DNA from: Candidatus Dadabacteria bacterium
GTDB lineage: Bacteria > Desulfobacterota_D > UBA1144 > Nemesobacterales > CSP1-2
NCBI GenBank assembly: GCA_040289575.1
Contig: PSLL01000015.1
Location: forward strand, 4,321 to 36,223
Direction of reading: 5' to 3'
DNA length: 31,903 nucleotides
Part shown: positions 9,878 to 19,558 of the stretch, one piece after another
Layout of the letters: each line of letters opens with the position of its first letter
Position numbering within the stretch: position 1 is the first letter of the stretch
The notes under the pieces: model-generated
Database searches by the model: none
What the model was told of the DNA's origin: nothing
What the model saw: the letters and a program-made list of their open reading frames with translations, nothing else
Position numbers and translations under genes: made by a program

Positions 9878-11563
9878 TTATCTCTTAACCTTATATCCGG
9901 CTTTCTCCATATCCCATGTATCTGGGGTTATTCCCTGCTCTTTGAGAATGTGTTTTTGAACCCTTTCGGTGGGCGTTTTGGGAAGCGCATCAACAAACCT
10001 TATAAACCTTGGAATCATAAAATACGGCATCCTCTCCTCACAGTGCTTAATGAGTTCTTCGTATGATACATCTCTATCGGGCTTTTTTACCGCCACTATC
10101 ATAAGGTTATCCTCTGCGAATTTCCCCTCGCCCGACTTAATTCCGATAGCGGCAGCCTCCGCCACCGCCGGGTGCTGGCACACAATCCTTTCAACCTCAA
10201 ATGAGCTGATATTTTCACCTCTCCTTCTTATGTAGTCTTTTACCCTGTCGACAAAGTAGATATATCCATCCTCATCCATTCTTCCTCCATCCCCTGTGTG
10301 GAACCAGAAGTTTCTGAAGTCACTTACCGTCTTTTCCGGCATCTTATGGTAGTGGTAAAGCATTATATTAGGGATTCGAGGACGGACTACTATCTCTCCA
10401 ACCTGTCCTCTCGGAAGTTCTTCATCTGTCTCAGGGTCTACAATCTTAATCTCATACCCGGGGGCCTCTTTTCCGCATGAGCCAACCCTAAATGGTTCGT
10501 TGGGACGCATATATGTCACCGCTCCTGTCTCTGTAAGTCCATAGCCCTCCATAATTTTTAGGTTAAATCTCTCCATAAATTGCTCGAGTATATCGTGTGG
10601 TGCCGGTGATATTAAGGCAAGCCTTACCCTGTGCTCCTTTTCTTCTGGGACCGGAGGCTGACGCCAGATAAAGTAACTCATAGCACCAAGGAGGTTGAAT
10701 ACAGTTGCCCCTGATTCCTTTACCCAATTCCAGAAATGGGATGTGCTAAACCTCTCATATATGGCAACCCTCGCCCCTGAAATGAGCGCGGGATAAACGC
10801 AGAGTACCTCAGCGTTGGAATGAAAAAGGGGAAGGCACGTAAAGAGGACATCGTTTCCATCTATTTCGGTCAGCTCTACGTATCCCTTTGCGCTATAATA
10901 ATCGGCGGCATGGGATTTTACAACCCCTTTTGAGCGTCCTGTAGTCCCGGAGGTATACATAAGGCGCGCGGTATCTATAAATCTGACATCTATCTCCGGC
11001 TCTTCGGGGCTTGAATTGTCCAGAAAATTCCTATACGGAATAAGGGATTTTGCCCTAATCCCCATATCTTGAAAACCGCTTGACTTATTCCGTGTCCATA
11101 CGATTATCTTTTCAACCCGCGGGATCCTATCTTGGATTGGCGCTATCCTTTCGAGATATTCCTCAGCTACGAAAAGAACCCTTGAGTCCGAGTTATCGAT
11201 TATATATTCAAGGAAGTCCATCTTATATGCGGTGTTGATTGGAGCCATAATGCCCCCGGCTTTGAGTATTCCAAACCATATTACTACGTAGTCGGAGGAG
11301 TTTGGCATAAGGACCGATACCCTATCTCCTTTTTTAATTCCGAGTCCAATCAGGCCATTTCCTACTTTATTTGCGAGTGTGTTTACCTCTTGGAAGCTCA
11401 GCGGCTTTTCATCCTGGTATTGAAGAAACGGCTTATTCTTTAGTCTTTTTGCCCTATTTTTTAGTATAATCGGAAGAACCCATTTCTCCCTTTTTTCCTT
11501 AAGATACCAGTTTGGGTCAAACGGCTTCCTTCTTTCTATATTTATATTTATATCTTTAGCCAT
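9878..11563 (-). CDS. ATP-dependent acyl-CoA ligase (CaiC-like AMP-binding enzyme)
   Basis: YTSGTTGRSKG, EGYGLTE, HTGD, DRVKDYIRRRGENISSFEVE, LPKTPTERVQK. Start moved to ATG 11563 because AAGGAGG precedes it (track start 11614 has no SD). Confidence 0.92.
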   Translation of the reverse strand: MAKDININIERRKPFDPNWYLKEKREKWVLPIILKNRAKRLKNKPFLQYQDEKPLSFQEVNTLANKVGNGLIGLGIKKGDRVSVLMPNSSDYVVIWFGILKAGGIMAPINTAYKMDFLEYIIDNSDSRVLFVAEEYLERIAPIQDRIPRVEKIIVWTRNKSSGFQDMGIRAKSLIPYRNFLDNSSPEEPEIDVRFIDTARLMYTSGTTGRSKGVVKSHAADYYSAKGYVELTEIDGNDVLFTCLPLFHSNAEVLCVYPALISGARVAIYERFSTSHFWNWVKESGATVFNLLGAMSYFIWRQPPVPEEKEHRVRLALISPAPHDILEQFMERFNLKIMEGYGLTETGAVTYMRPNEPFRVGSCGKEAPGYEIKIVDPETDEELPRGQVGEIVVRPRIPNIMLYHYHKMPEKTVSDFRNFWFHTGDGGRMDEDGYIYFVDRVKDYIRRRGENISSFEVERIVCQHPAVAEAAAIGIKSGEGKFAEDNLMIVAVKKPDRDVSYEELIKHCEERMPYFMIPRFIRFVDALPKTPTERVQKHILKEQGITPDTWDMEKAGYKVKR

Positions 11564-11783
11564 ATTGTAAAGCCTCCTTACTCTAAGTATCGGGTGTTGG
11601 GGGTATTTAGGCAAAACAAATACTAAAACCTAATGCCCAACACCTATTTTAACTAATTCAATTGAAGTAGTCAGTAGAGATCGGATAATAAGTGTCGGAC
11701 AATCGCAGACTGACCAACCAACCCTTTGATATTGGAGATATGGAGTTGTCCATTTAGGATTTAAAGACTAGGCTCTATTTAAC

Positions 11784-11812
11784 TTGCCCTTGTGTTTTTA
11801 TTTAGGTAGAAT
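11784..11812 (+). promoter_or_regulatory. Sigma70-type promoter of the rimP operon
   Basis: TTGCCC-17 nt-TAGAAT, immediately upstream of the rimP leader hairpin. Confidence 0.6.
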
Positions 11813-11822
11813 TCAATTAACG

Positions 11823-11848
11823 AAAGCGGGCTTTGACCCGCTTTTTTT
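11823..11848 (+). promoter_or_regulatory. rimP leader (terminator-like hairpin / attenuator)
   Basis: AAAGCGGG-ctttga-CCCGCTTT followed by a T run, about 20 nt before rimP; fits the known GGG..CCC terminator-like leader of rimP-nusA-infB operons. Confidence 0.75.
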
Positions 11849-11869
11849 CTTGATTTTGGGAGTATATAC

Positions 11870-12337
11870 ATGAGTTCTTTAGAAGAGGGCGTAGTTGAGA
11901 GTGTGCGTGAGATTTTAAATCCTCTCCTTCTTGAAAAGGGACTTGAGCTTGTTGATCTTGAGTATAGAAGAGAGGGCCGGGGAAGGGTGCTTAGAATATA
12001 CATAGATAAAGAGGGTGGGGTAACAGTTGACGATTGTGCTAAACTCAGCCGCGAATTAGGAACCCTACTTGATGTGCACGATATAATTCCCGGTCCGTAT
12101 AACCTTGAGGTTTCTTCTCCAGGTCTTACAAGGGCACTTAAAAAGCCAAGGGATTTTGAGAGATATAAGGGGAAGAAGGTAAGGATTAAAACTAAATCTG
12201 ACATCGAAGACAGAAGGGTTTTTGTGGGTAGGCTCCTCAATTTTGTAGACGATGTCGCTACCGTTCTAGTAGATGGGCATATCTACACTATTGAGTATGA
12301 AAGGATTGAGAAGGCCAATCTGGAATTGGATTTTTAG
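11870..12337 (+). CDS. rimP: Ribosome maturation factor RimP
   Basis: LRIYIDKEGGVTVDDC, YNLEVSSPGLTR, IEKANL; first gene before nusA. Confidence 0.98.
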   Translation: MSSLEEGVVESVREILNPLLLEKGLELVDLEYRREGRGRVLRIYIDKEGGVTVDDCAKLSRELGTLLDVHDIIPGPYNLEVSSPGLTRALKKPRDFERYKGKKVRIKTKSDIEDRRVFVGRLLNFVDDVATVLVDGHIYTIEYERIEKANLELDF

Positions 12338-12349
12338 GAGGCAATTAAT

Positions 12350-13636
12350 ATGGCTACTGAACTAAGCCGTGTAATAGATTCTGTGTGCAAGGATAAGGGG
12401 GTGGATAAAGAGGCGATTATCAAAGCCGTGGAAGAAGCGGTTCTCTCAGCATCGCAGAAGCTCTTTCGTATGCAGGATAAGAATAAGGAGCTTGAGGCGC
12501 GCTACAACGAGGATGAGGGCGAGATTGAGCTTTTTGAATTTAAGACCGTTACCGAGGATGTAAAGGATCCAGATACACAGATCAGTATTGATGAGGCAGC
12601 CGAGTTAGACCCCGAGGCTGAGGTAGGCGATGTAATTGGCGTAAAAATAAATCCAGAGTTTACAAGGATTGCGATTCAGAACGCGAAGCAGAAGATCCTT
12701 CAGAAGATCAAGGAGGCCGAGGGTAAGGTGATCTCTGAAGAGTTTAAGAGTCGAAAAGGCGAGCTTATAAGCGGCATTGTGAGAAGAGTCGAGAAGAGAA
12801 ATGTAATAGTGGACCTAGGAAGGACGGAGGCAATTCTCCCCGTCGAGCACCAGATGCCTAAAGAGTATTACAAACCGAAGGAGAGAATAAGGGCGATTCT
12901 CATTGATATAAGAGAGACCAAAAGAGGTCCTCAGCTAATCCTCTCCCGTGCCCATCCCGACTTTGTAAAGGGCCTTTTTAAGGCTGAGGTTCCTGAAATC
13001 ACCGAGGGCGTGGTGGAGATTAAAGGCATCTCAAGAGACCCGGGGAGCCGTACAAAGATAGCGGTCGCTTCAAATGATCCGGATGTAGATGCGGTTGGAG
13101 CCTGCGTAGGGATGAGGGGTTCAAGGGTGCAGAACGTTATTCAAGAACTCAGGGGCGAGAAGATTGACATTGTTCCCTGGTCGTCGGACCCAGCGAGGTT
13201 TGTATGCAACGCCCTTTCTCCAGCGCGTGTAAGCAAGGTGATAATTGATGAGGATAATAAGTCAATGGAGGTCATTGTAGATGACGACCAGCTTTCGCTT
13301 GCAATAGGAAGAAAGGGACAGAACGTAAGACTCGCCTCTCAGCTTACCGGATGGAGGATAGATATAAAGACGGATTCTCAGATAAGGCATGAGCAGCAGG
13401 AGGTTATATCTGTACTTATGATGCTTCCCAATGTTGGAGAGGTCACGGCAAACCTTCTCTACGGCGAAGGGTTTCGATCTCTTGAAGATATTGCGTTCTC
13501 AGATCCGAAGGCTTTAATGAAGGCCGCCGGACTTAAGAATGAGGACGATGCCCAGAGGATTCAGACCGCAGCAAGAATCGCACTCAAAAATAAACTCGAA
13601 AAGATGACCATGCCTGCTCAACCTGAAGGGCAATAG
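12350..13636 (+). CDS. nusA: Transcription factor NusA
   Basis: RIAIQNAKQ, S1 and KH domains (RDPGSRTKIAV, GACVGMRGSRVQ, LSLAIGRKGQNVRLA), C-terminal HhH-like extension. Confidence 0.99.
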   Translation: MATELSRVIDSVCKDKGVDKEAIIKAVEEAVLSASQKLFRMQDKNKELEARYNEDEGEIELFEFKTVTEDVKDPDTQISIDEAAELDPEAEVGDVIGVKINPEFTRIAIQNAKQKILQKIKEAEGKVISEEFKSRKGELISGIVRRVEKRNVIVDLGRTEAILPVEHQMPKEYYKPKERIRAILIDIRETKRGPQLILSRAHPDFVKGLFKAEVPEITEGVVEIKGISRDPGSRTKIAVASNDPDVDAVGACVGMRGSRVQNVIQELRGEKIDIVPWSSDPARFVCNALSPARVSKVIIDEDNKSMEVIVDDDQLSLAIGRKGQNVRLASQLTGWRIDIKTDSQIRHEQQEVISVLMMLPNVGEVTANLLYGEGFRSLEDIAFSDPKALMKAAGLKNEDDAQRIQTAARIALKNKLEKMTMPAQPEGQ

Positions 13637-13757
13637 GGATTGAGTGATATAAGAATTAGGCAACGGTTTTCCCGGCTCGGTGCCCGATGCTCTTTTTTGC
13701 ATAAGCCTGAAAATTGGGTAATATTTATTAGATAATCTAATTTTATAAGGTGGATTA

Positions 13758-16349
13758 ATGGCAAATGTAAGGGTCTATGACCTCTCAAAAGAGCTGGGTG
13801 TATCGAATAAGGAGGTCATAGATGCGGCAAAACACGTTGGGATATCTATACGCAGCCACTCGAGCTCTATCTCCGAGGAAGAGGCCAGAAGAATAAAGGA
13901 TAAGATAAGAACATCTAAAAATCAGGGACGGCTACCTGCCTCTGAAGAGCCCAAAGAGGTGAAAGAAGAGGTAAAGGTATTTCGCTCTGAAACTGGCGAA
14001 GAGGTAGTAGAGAGGAGAAAAGGCAATACGGTAGTAATAAGGCGAAAGAGGAAGATAATAGAGGAGCCGGAGGAGACTCATGCTCTAAAAGAAGAAAATG
14101 CTCCTGCATCTCTACCGCCGGCAGAGACCAGCTCTTCCCTTCGAGCTGTTCAAGAAACCCAAGAGGTAAAGATCGAGCCTGAGAAGATTATAGAAGAGGT
14201 ATTACCCGTTGAGGAAAAACCTATACATGAGGTCGAGGCTGTGGAGTCTGAGGTTAAACAACAACCCGAGGTGAAAGAAGAGGTAAGAGAGGAGGAGCCG
14301 AAGGAAGAGGTCGAAAAGAAGGTTAAAAAGAAAGGGCATAAAATTAGACCCAAGAGGGAAGAAATAATAGACGAAGAAACGCTCGAAGAGTTGCGTAGGG
14401 CATTTAGAACAAAGCTTCCTGTGAGAAAGAGGGAATATCTGGTTGAAGATCGGCGATCAAGAAGCCGTCCCACTATGAATAGCTTTGGCCAGGTAAGAAC
14501 CAATCAAGATGCTCAAAGGGAGATCTCAAAGTCTTTGGAGCCGCCGACAAAAGAGGCAAAATCCGCTCAGGTTATCCCTTTTCCTACGCGGCCAGCAAGA
14601 CGCGTGATGAAGCTCGGTGAATCTATAACCGTCGGTGATCTGGCTAAGAGGATGGGTATTAAAGCGGCGGATGTTATAAAGAAGCTTTTGGGACTCGGTG
14701 TGATGGCTACGATAAATCAATCAATAGACCATGAGACGGCTGCCATTGTAGCTGGGGAATTAGGGTACGAGGTTACGGCTGAGTTGTTTGAAGAAAAGGA
14801 GTTCCTCTCTGAACAGGAGTCGGATATTCTCACTAATCTTCTTCCAAGACCGCCGATTATAACGGTAATGGGGCATGTTGATCATGGAAAAACTACGCTT
14901 CTTGATGCCATAAGACACACAAATGTGGCTGAAAAGGAGGCGGGAGGCATCACTCAGCACATCGGTGCCTACAGCGTAGACGTAGATGGGAGGAAGGTAG
15001 TTTTTATTGATACCCCAGGTCATGAAGCCTTTACTGCAATGAGGGCTCGCGGTGCTCAGGTGACGGACATTGTAGTACTTGTGGTTGCCGCAGATGATGG
15101 CGTTATGCCTCAGACCGTAGAGGCTGTAAACCACGCAAGGGCTGCTGGGGTTCCAATAGTGGTTGCTTTAAACAAGATAGATAAGCCTGAGGCAAATCCA
15201 GATAGGATTAAAAGACAACTCTCCGATCTGGGGCTGGTGCCCGAGGAATGGGGGGGAGATACACTTTTTGCCGAGGTATCCGCAAGAAAAAAAACTGGAA
15301 TTAGGGAGTTGCTTGAACTGATTCTTCTTCAGGCCGACGTCCTTGAGCTCAAGGCGAATCCTAATAAGAGAGCAAATGGGGTAGTAATAGAGGCTAAACT
15401 GGATAGAGGAAGAGGACCCGTTGCGACTGTGATTAACAAAGAGGGAACATTAAGAGTCGGGGATTATTTGATTGCAGGGGTCCATTACGGAAGGGTAAGG
15501 GCATTAATAAACGATATAGGAGAGAGGGTAAGTGAAGCGGGACCCTCAATGCCCGTAGAGGTGCTGGGTCTTTCCGGTGTGCCCGCCGCCGGGGATCCGT
15601 TCCATGTCGTTAAAGACGAAAAAACCGCGAGGGAAATAGCCCAGTATAGAGAGCTCAAGGAAAGGGAGGCACTTGCCGCAAGGGCAAGAAAACTTTCGCT
15701 CGAAGACCTATTCGATGCACTCAAAGAGGGGGAAACAAAAGAACTGCCTCTGATCATAAAGGCCGACACTCAGGGCTCAGTTGAGGCTTTGAAGGAGGCA
15801 ATTACGCGGCTCGGCACAGACAAGTGCCGCGTAAAAATAATACACTCAGGGGCGGGAGCCATAAACGAAACCGATATAGTTCTTGCAAGCGCATCCAATG
15901 CAATTGTCGTAGGATTCAATGTACGTCCCGATCCTAAGGCACTTGATATTGCCGAAAAGGAAGAGGTTTCGCTTGAGCTTCATACGATCATATATGATGC
16001 TGTTGATAGGATCAGAAAGGCGATGGAAGGGCTCCTTGAACCTGTTATGAAGGAGAAGGTTCTGGGACACGCGGAGGTTAAAGCTACTTTTCACATATCA
16101 AGCGTAGGAACAATCGCCGGGTGCCTTGTTACGGATGGCAAAATAGCGAGGGGCAATAACATCCGAGTAATAAGAGATGGCGTTGTGGCTTTTGACGGTA
16201 GGATTTCGTCTCTCAAGCGATTTAAAGAGGATGTAAGAGAGGTTCAAAGCGGCTATGAGTGCGGAATTGGGGTTGAGAATTTTAATGATATAAAGGTCGG
16301 AGATGTCCTTGAAGTCTATACATTTGACCAAATAAGGCAAAGGCTTTAA
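13758..16349 (+). CDS. infB: Translation initiation factor IF-2
   Basis: [51 protein letters not shown]. Confidence 0.99.
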   Translation: MANVRVYDLSKELGVSNKEVIDAAKHVGISIRSHSSSISEEEARRIKDKIRTSKNQGRLPASEEPKEVKEEVKVFRSETGEEVVERRKGNTVVIRRKRKIIEEPEETHALKEENAPASLPPAETSSSLRAVQETQEVKIEPEKIIEEVLPVEEKPIHEVEAVESEVKQQPEVKEEVREEEPKEEVEKKVKKKGHKIRPKREEIIDEETLEELRRAFRTKLPVRKREYLVEDRRSRSRPTMNSFGQVRTNQDAQREISKSLEPPTKEAKSAQVIPFPTRPARRVMKLGESITVGDLAKRMGIKAADVIKKLLGLGVMATINQSIDHETAAIVAGELGYEVTAELFEEKEFLSEQESDILTNLLPRPPIITVMGHVDHGKTTLLDAIRHTNVAEKEAGGITQHIGAYSVDVDGRKVVFIDTPGHEAFTAMRARGAQVTDIVVLVVAADDGVMPQTVEAVNHARAAGVPIVVALNKIDKPEANPDRIKRQLSDLGLVPEEWGGDTLFAEVSARKKTGIRELLELILLQADVLELKANPNKRANGVVIEAKLDRGRGPVATVINKEGTLRVGDYLIAGVHYGRVRALINDIGERVSEAGPSMPVEVLGLSGVPAAGDPFHVVKDEKTAREIAQYRELKEREALAARARKLSLEDLFDALKEGETKELPLIIKADTQGSVEALKEAITRLGTDKCRVKIIHSGAGAINETDIVLASASNAIVVGFNVRPDPKALDIAEKEEVSLELHTIIYDAVDRIRKAMEGLLEPVMKEKVLGHAEVKATFHISSVGTIAGCLVTDGKIARGNNIRVIRDGVVAFDGRISSLKRFKEDVREVQSGYECGIGVENFNDIKVGDVLEVYTFDQIRQRL

Positions 16350-16477
16350 TGGATAAAGAGAAATTGATATTAGCCACAGAGTGCGTATGGAGAACACATT
16401 TTTGATAAATCCTCTACGGACCCTTTGACCTCCCTTAGGATAAAAACTCTGTCTATGGCTAAATTGTGTTGCGATAA

Positions 16478-16768
16478 ATGGTAATAGGGGCGATTAAGAT
16501 CGAGCTTTACATTGATGGAAATAGGTCTTTAAAGGGAAAGAGGCAAACATTAAGAAGTGTGATTCAGAGGGTAAAATCTAGGTTTGGTAATGTTTCGATA
16601 TCTGAGGTTGGTTCTCAGGACCTGTGGCAAAAGGCAATAATTGGAGTTTCTTTTGTAAGCAATGAAGTGCCTTATGTGAATTCTATACTGGATCAGGTTT
16701 CAGGGTTTATAGAGTCTATTGGAACGGTTCAGATATTAAGCCGAGATATAGAGATTATTCACTTCTAG
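16478..16768 (+). CDS. DUF503 (YlxP-like) protein
   Basis: SLKGKR, NVSISEV..QDLWQ motifs; usual position between infB and rbfA. Confidence 0.9.
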   Translation: MVIGAIKIELYIDGNRSLKGKRQTLRSVIQRVKSRFGNVSISEVGSQDLWQKAIIGVSFVSNEVPYVNSILDQVSGFIESIGTVQILSRDIEIIHF

Positions 16769-17175
16769 TGGATTCGACGAGTTCATCACAGGAAAACAAA
16801 GATTTGGGAATTGGATATAAGCGTGCAGATAGGGTTGGGGATTTAATCCTTAAAGAGGTCTCAGACATGATATTAAAGGGTGAGATAAAAGACCCCCGTG
16901 TGCGCTCCGCTACCCTTACGGGAATAAAAGTTACGGATGACCTCTCTATTGCATGGATATACTTTACTGTGATGACGAAGGAGGTTGGAAAAGAGGAGAC
17001 TCTAGCGGGGCTTCAAAGCGCATCGGGATTTATAAAAAGGGGGCTCTGGAGGAGATTGAAGATAAGAAGGGTTCCTGAATTGAGATTCGAATTTGATACC
17101 GTACTCGAAGAGGGCTATAGGATCGATGATATTTTAAAAGAGGTGAAGGGTGGGCGATCTGGAGAAGATAATTAA
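16768..17175 (+). CDS. rbfA: Ribosome-binding factor A
   Basis: RADRV, IKDPRV, VTDDLS.A, RRVPELRFEFD; GTG start overlaps the upstream stop. Confidence 0.96.
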   Translation: MDSTSSSQENKDLGIGYKRADRVGDLILKEVSDMILKGEIKDPRVRSATLTGIKVTDDLSIAWIYFTVMTKEVGKEETLAGLQSASGFIKRGLWRRLKIRRVPELRFEFDTVLEEGYRIDDILKEVKGGRSGEDN

Positions 17176-18169
17176 TATAGTTCAGGTGCAAAATAGATTT
17201 CTTGTCGTATCTCATGAGAATCCCGACGGGGATGCCATAGGCTCTATGCTTGCGCTCGGCTTAGGCCTTGAGATGATTGGAAAAGATGTGGCTCTATACA
17301 ATAGAGATGGTGCTACTGCGGCACTTAGATTTCTTCCCGGCTCAGAGAAGATAAATTCCTCTTTAGATGATATTCGTGGGGATTTTGACGCTACTTTTAT
17401 TGTTGACTGTACGGATACAAGCAGGGTTGGAGAGGAATTCGAGAGGTTTAAAGGTTCGGGCAGGTGCGGCACTACGATTATTATAGACCATCATCAGACA
17501 ACCAAGCCCTCTGCTGATCTCTACCTTCTTAATCCAAATGCCTCTTCAACTGGGATGATAATATATTCATTTTTGAAAACCCTGTCCCTTCGATTAGGTT
17601 CAGGGCAGGCTCTAAAGATTACACCCGATATAGCCGAAAACCTCTACACCACGATTGTTGTTGATACCGGCTCATTTAGATACTCAAACACAATTCCCGA
17701 AACATTTGAGGTTGCGGCGGAGTTAGTTCGACTCGGCGCAAGCCCATCGGATATATCTCAGACACTTTATGAAACCGAGCCGCTTAGGAGGCTGAGGCTC
17801 CTTGGACTCGTTCTTCCAACGCTTGAGGTCACAGAAGATGGGCGTATCGCTTCGATTATCATAAATAGGGAGATGTTTCAGGCAACTGGAACAACCAAGG
17901 AGGACACGGAAGGGTTTGTGAACTTTCCAAGGTCAATAAACGGCGTTGAGGTTGCTGTCCTCTTTAGAGAGGAAGAGCCGCGTGACGGCAATTCAAGATG
18001 GAAACTGAGCCTGAGGTCAAAGGGAAAGGTCAATGCCGCGCGGATCGCTGAAAAATTCGGTGGCGGTGGCCACGAGAGAGCGGCGGGATGTACGATTACC
18101 GGGACGCTCGCGGATATAAAACGCTCTATATTTAGCTCTATAAACGAAGCGCTTAAGTGGACGCAATAG
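17150..18169 (+). CDS. nrnA: DHH/DHHA1 bifunctional oligoribonuclease / pAp phosphatase NrnA
   Basis: SHENPDGDAIGS, IVDC, IIDHH, DTGSF, SLRS, GGGGH motifs; conserved rbfA-DHH-truB context. Confidence 0.9.
   Translation: MGDLEKIINIVQVQNRFLVVSHENPDGDAIGSMLALGLGLEMIGKDVALYNRDGATAALRFLPGSEKINSSLDDIRGDFDATFIVDCTDTSRVGEEFERFKGSGRCGTTIIIDHHQTTKPSADLYLLNPNASSTGMIIYSFLKTLSLRLGSGQALKITPDIAENLYTTIVVDTGSFRYSNTIPETFEVAAELVRLGASPSDISQTLYETEPLRRLRLLGLVLPTLEVTEDGRIASIIINREMFQATGTTKEDTEGFVNFPRSINGVEVAVLFREEEPRDGNSRWKLSLRSKGKVNAARIAEKFGGGGHERAAGCTITGTLADIKRSIFSSINEALKWTQ
17587..17610 (+). repeat. 24-nt REP-like element inserted in frame in nrnA
   Basis: CCTTCGATTAGGTTCAGGGCAGGC; removing it restores ACC CTG TCT CTA AAG (TLSLKITPDIA). 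Confidence 0.6.
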
Positions 18170-19068
18170 TAATATTAGACAAACCCAAAGGAATAACATC
18201 TCAGAGGGCTGTAGAGAGGGTCAAAAGGATACTAAAGAAAAAGCGTGCGGGACACACAGGAACCCTCGACCCATTTGCTACGGGTGTCTTGCCGATATGC
18301 CTTGGTGAATCTACAAAGGTTATTCCTTTTTTAGACGAGGGTTTCAGGGAATATGAAGCCGTCTTAAAACTCGGTGTCGAGACGGATACAATGGATTATA
18401 CGGGCAGAATTATATGCGAAAAGAGCATAGGCAGATTGGATGAAAATGACATTCAGCGTGTTTTTCTTAAATTCAGGGGCGAAATTAGGCAAATACCTCC
18501 TATGTTTTCCGCACTCAAGAGAGACGGCGTTAGATTGTACAGCCTTGCAAGACAGGGAAAGGAAATTCCAAGGTCGCCTCGAACCGTGGTGATTAGGGAA
18601 CTGAATCTGATTGATTTAAATCCGCCTTTTATCAGATTTTTTGTAAGGTGCTCTCGCGGGACATATATAAGGGTTTTGGGCTCCAATATTGGAAGAGAAC
18701 TCGGATTCGGTGGGCATCTTGTCGATCTCAGAAGGATTAAAAGCGGGGTGTTTGGTGTAGAGGATGCGGTTTCCATAGAGGATGTAGAGAAGGGCAACTT
18801 TAACTCTGTCTCCATGAATAGGGCTCTTTCTCATATGGGAGAGATAAATGTTACAAACGAGATTGCGGCAGGGATAAGAGACGGAAGGCAGATCAGGAAA
18901 TCGGACTTAAATTTGGCTAGTCTTCCAGTGTTTGATATCGGCGCTAAATTAAGGATTTGTGAAAATCAAAAACTGGTCTCTATTGCCCAGGCGCTTGTAA
19001 GATATTATGATTTGGATAGATTAGATAATAGAGAGGTGGTTCTTAGACTTTTAAGGGTTTTTAATTAA
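18157..19068 (+). CDS. truB: tRNA pseudouridine(55) synthase
   Basis: LDKPKG.TS, GHTGTLDPFATGVL, QIPPMFSALK..G.RLY.LAR, CSRGTYIR. Confidence 0.98.
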   Translation: MDAIVILDKPKGITSQRAVERVKRILKKKRAGHTGTLDPFATGVLPICLGESTKVIPFLDEGFREYEAVLKLGVETDTMDYTGRIICEKSIGRLDENDIQRVFLKFRGEIRQIPPMFSALKRDGVRLYSLARQGKEIPRSPRTVVIRELNLIDLNPPFIRFFVRCSRGTYIRVLGSNIGRELGFGGHLVDLRRIKSGVFGVEDAVSIEDVEKGNFNSVSMNRALSHMGEINVTNEIAAGIRDGRQIRKSDLNLASLPVFDIGAKLRICENQKLVSIAQALVRYYDLDRLDNREVVLRLLRVFN

Positions 19069-19141
19069 CAAGTCCGACGACAATTGCGTCGCTTCAGTTT
19101 CATCGGACACATTTAATAATTTTAGAGGAGGACATTATATA

Positions 19142-19408
19142 GTGATTGCGAAAGAGGAAAAACAGCATTTAATTTCTGAATTTAGAATTCATAAGAAGGA
19201 TGTTGGCTCACCCGAGGTACAGATTTCATTGCTCACACGTCGGATTGAAGAGCTGTCGAGGCACATTCAGTCATCTCCTAAGGACTTTCATTCTAAACGT
19301 GGGCTTCTTATGATGGTTGGGAAGAGAAGGAAGCTGCTCCGTTATCTTAAAAAAGAAAGCCCTGAGAGGTACCAGAATCTTTTGGAGAAATTGGGACTTA
19401 GAAAATAA
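19142..19408 (+). CDS. rpsO: 30S ribosomal protein S15
   Basis: DVGSPEVQISLLT.RI, KDFHSKRGLLMMVGKRRKLLRYL, LGLRK; GAGGAGG SD, GTG start. Confidence 0.99.
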   Translation: MIAKEEKQHLISEFRIHKKDVGSPEVQISLLTRRIEELSRHIQSSPKDFHSKRGLLMMVGKRRKLLRYLKKESPERYQNLLEKLGLRK

Positions 19409-19423
19409 TGAATTTTGATAACT

Positions 19424-19539
19424 AATCAGCCGTGAATGTATTTAAGGAATTCAGGAGACAGAAGCCGGAATTCAGATTTAAGAAAAACCTCTGAATTCTG
19501 ACTTCTGGATTCCATATCCGTGTCTATTCGTGGCTGATT
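19424..19539 (+). repeat. Long nested stem-loop in the rpsO-pnp spacer
   Basis: Outer 14-bp stem 19424-19437 / 19526-19539 (two G-U pairs); inner 18-bp stem 19459-19476 / 19490-19507 (one G-U, one mismatch). Confidence 0.7.
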
Positions 19540-19558
19540 GAAAGGAGGTAGTATCATA

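Noticed and set aside
11645..11783. Possible tRNA or riboswitch upstream of rimP
   Set aside because: No cloverleaf, T-loop or recognisable aptamer consensus.
13637..13757. nusA-infB spacer: terminator or remnant of ylxR/L7Ae
   Set aside because: Only short weak stems before the T run and no recognisable coding remnant; absence of ylxR is common.
14060..14340. Glu/Lys/Pro-rich repetitive segment in infB
   Set aside because: Normal low-complexity IF-2 N-terminal linker, not an insertion or array.
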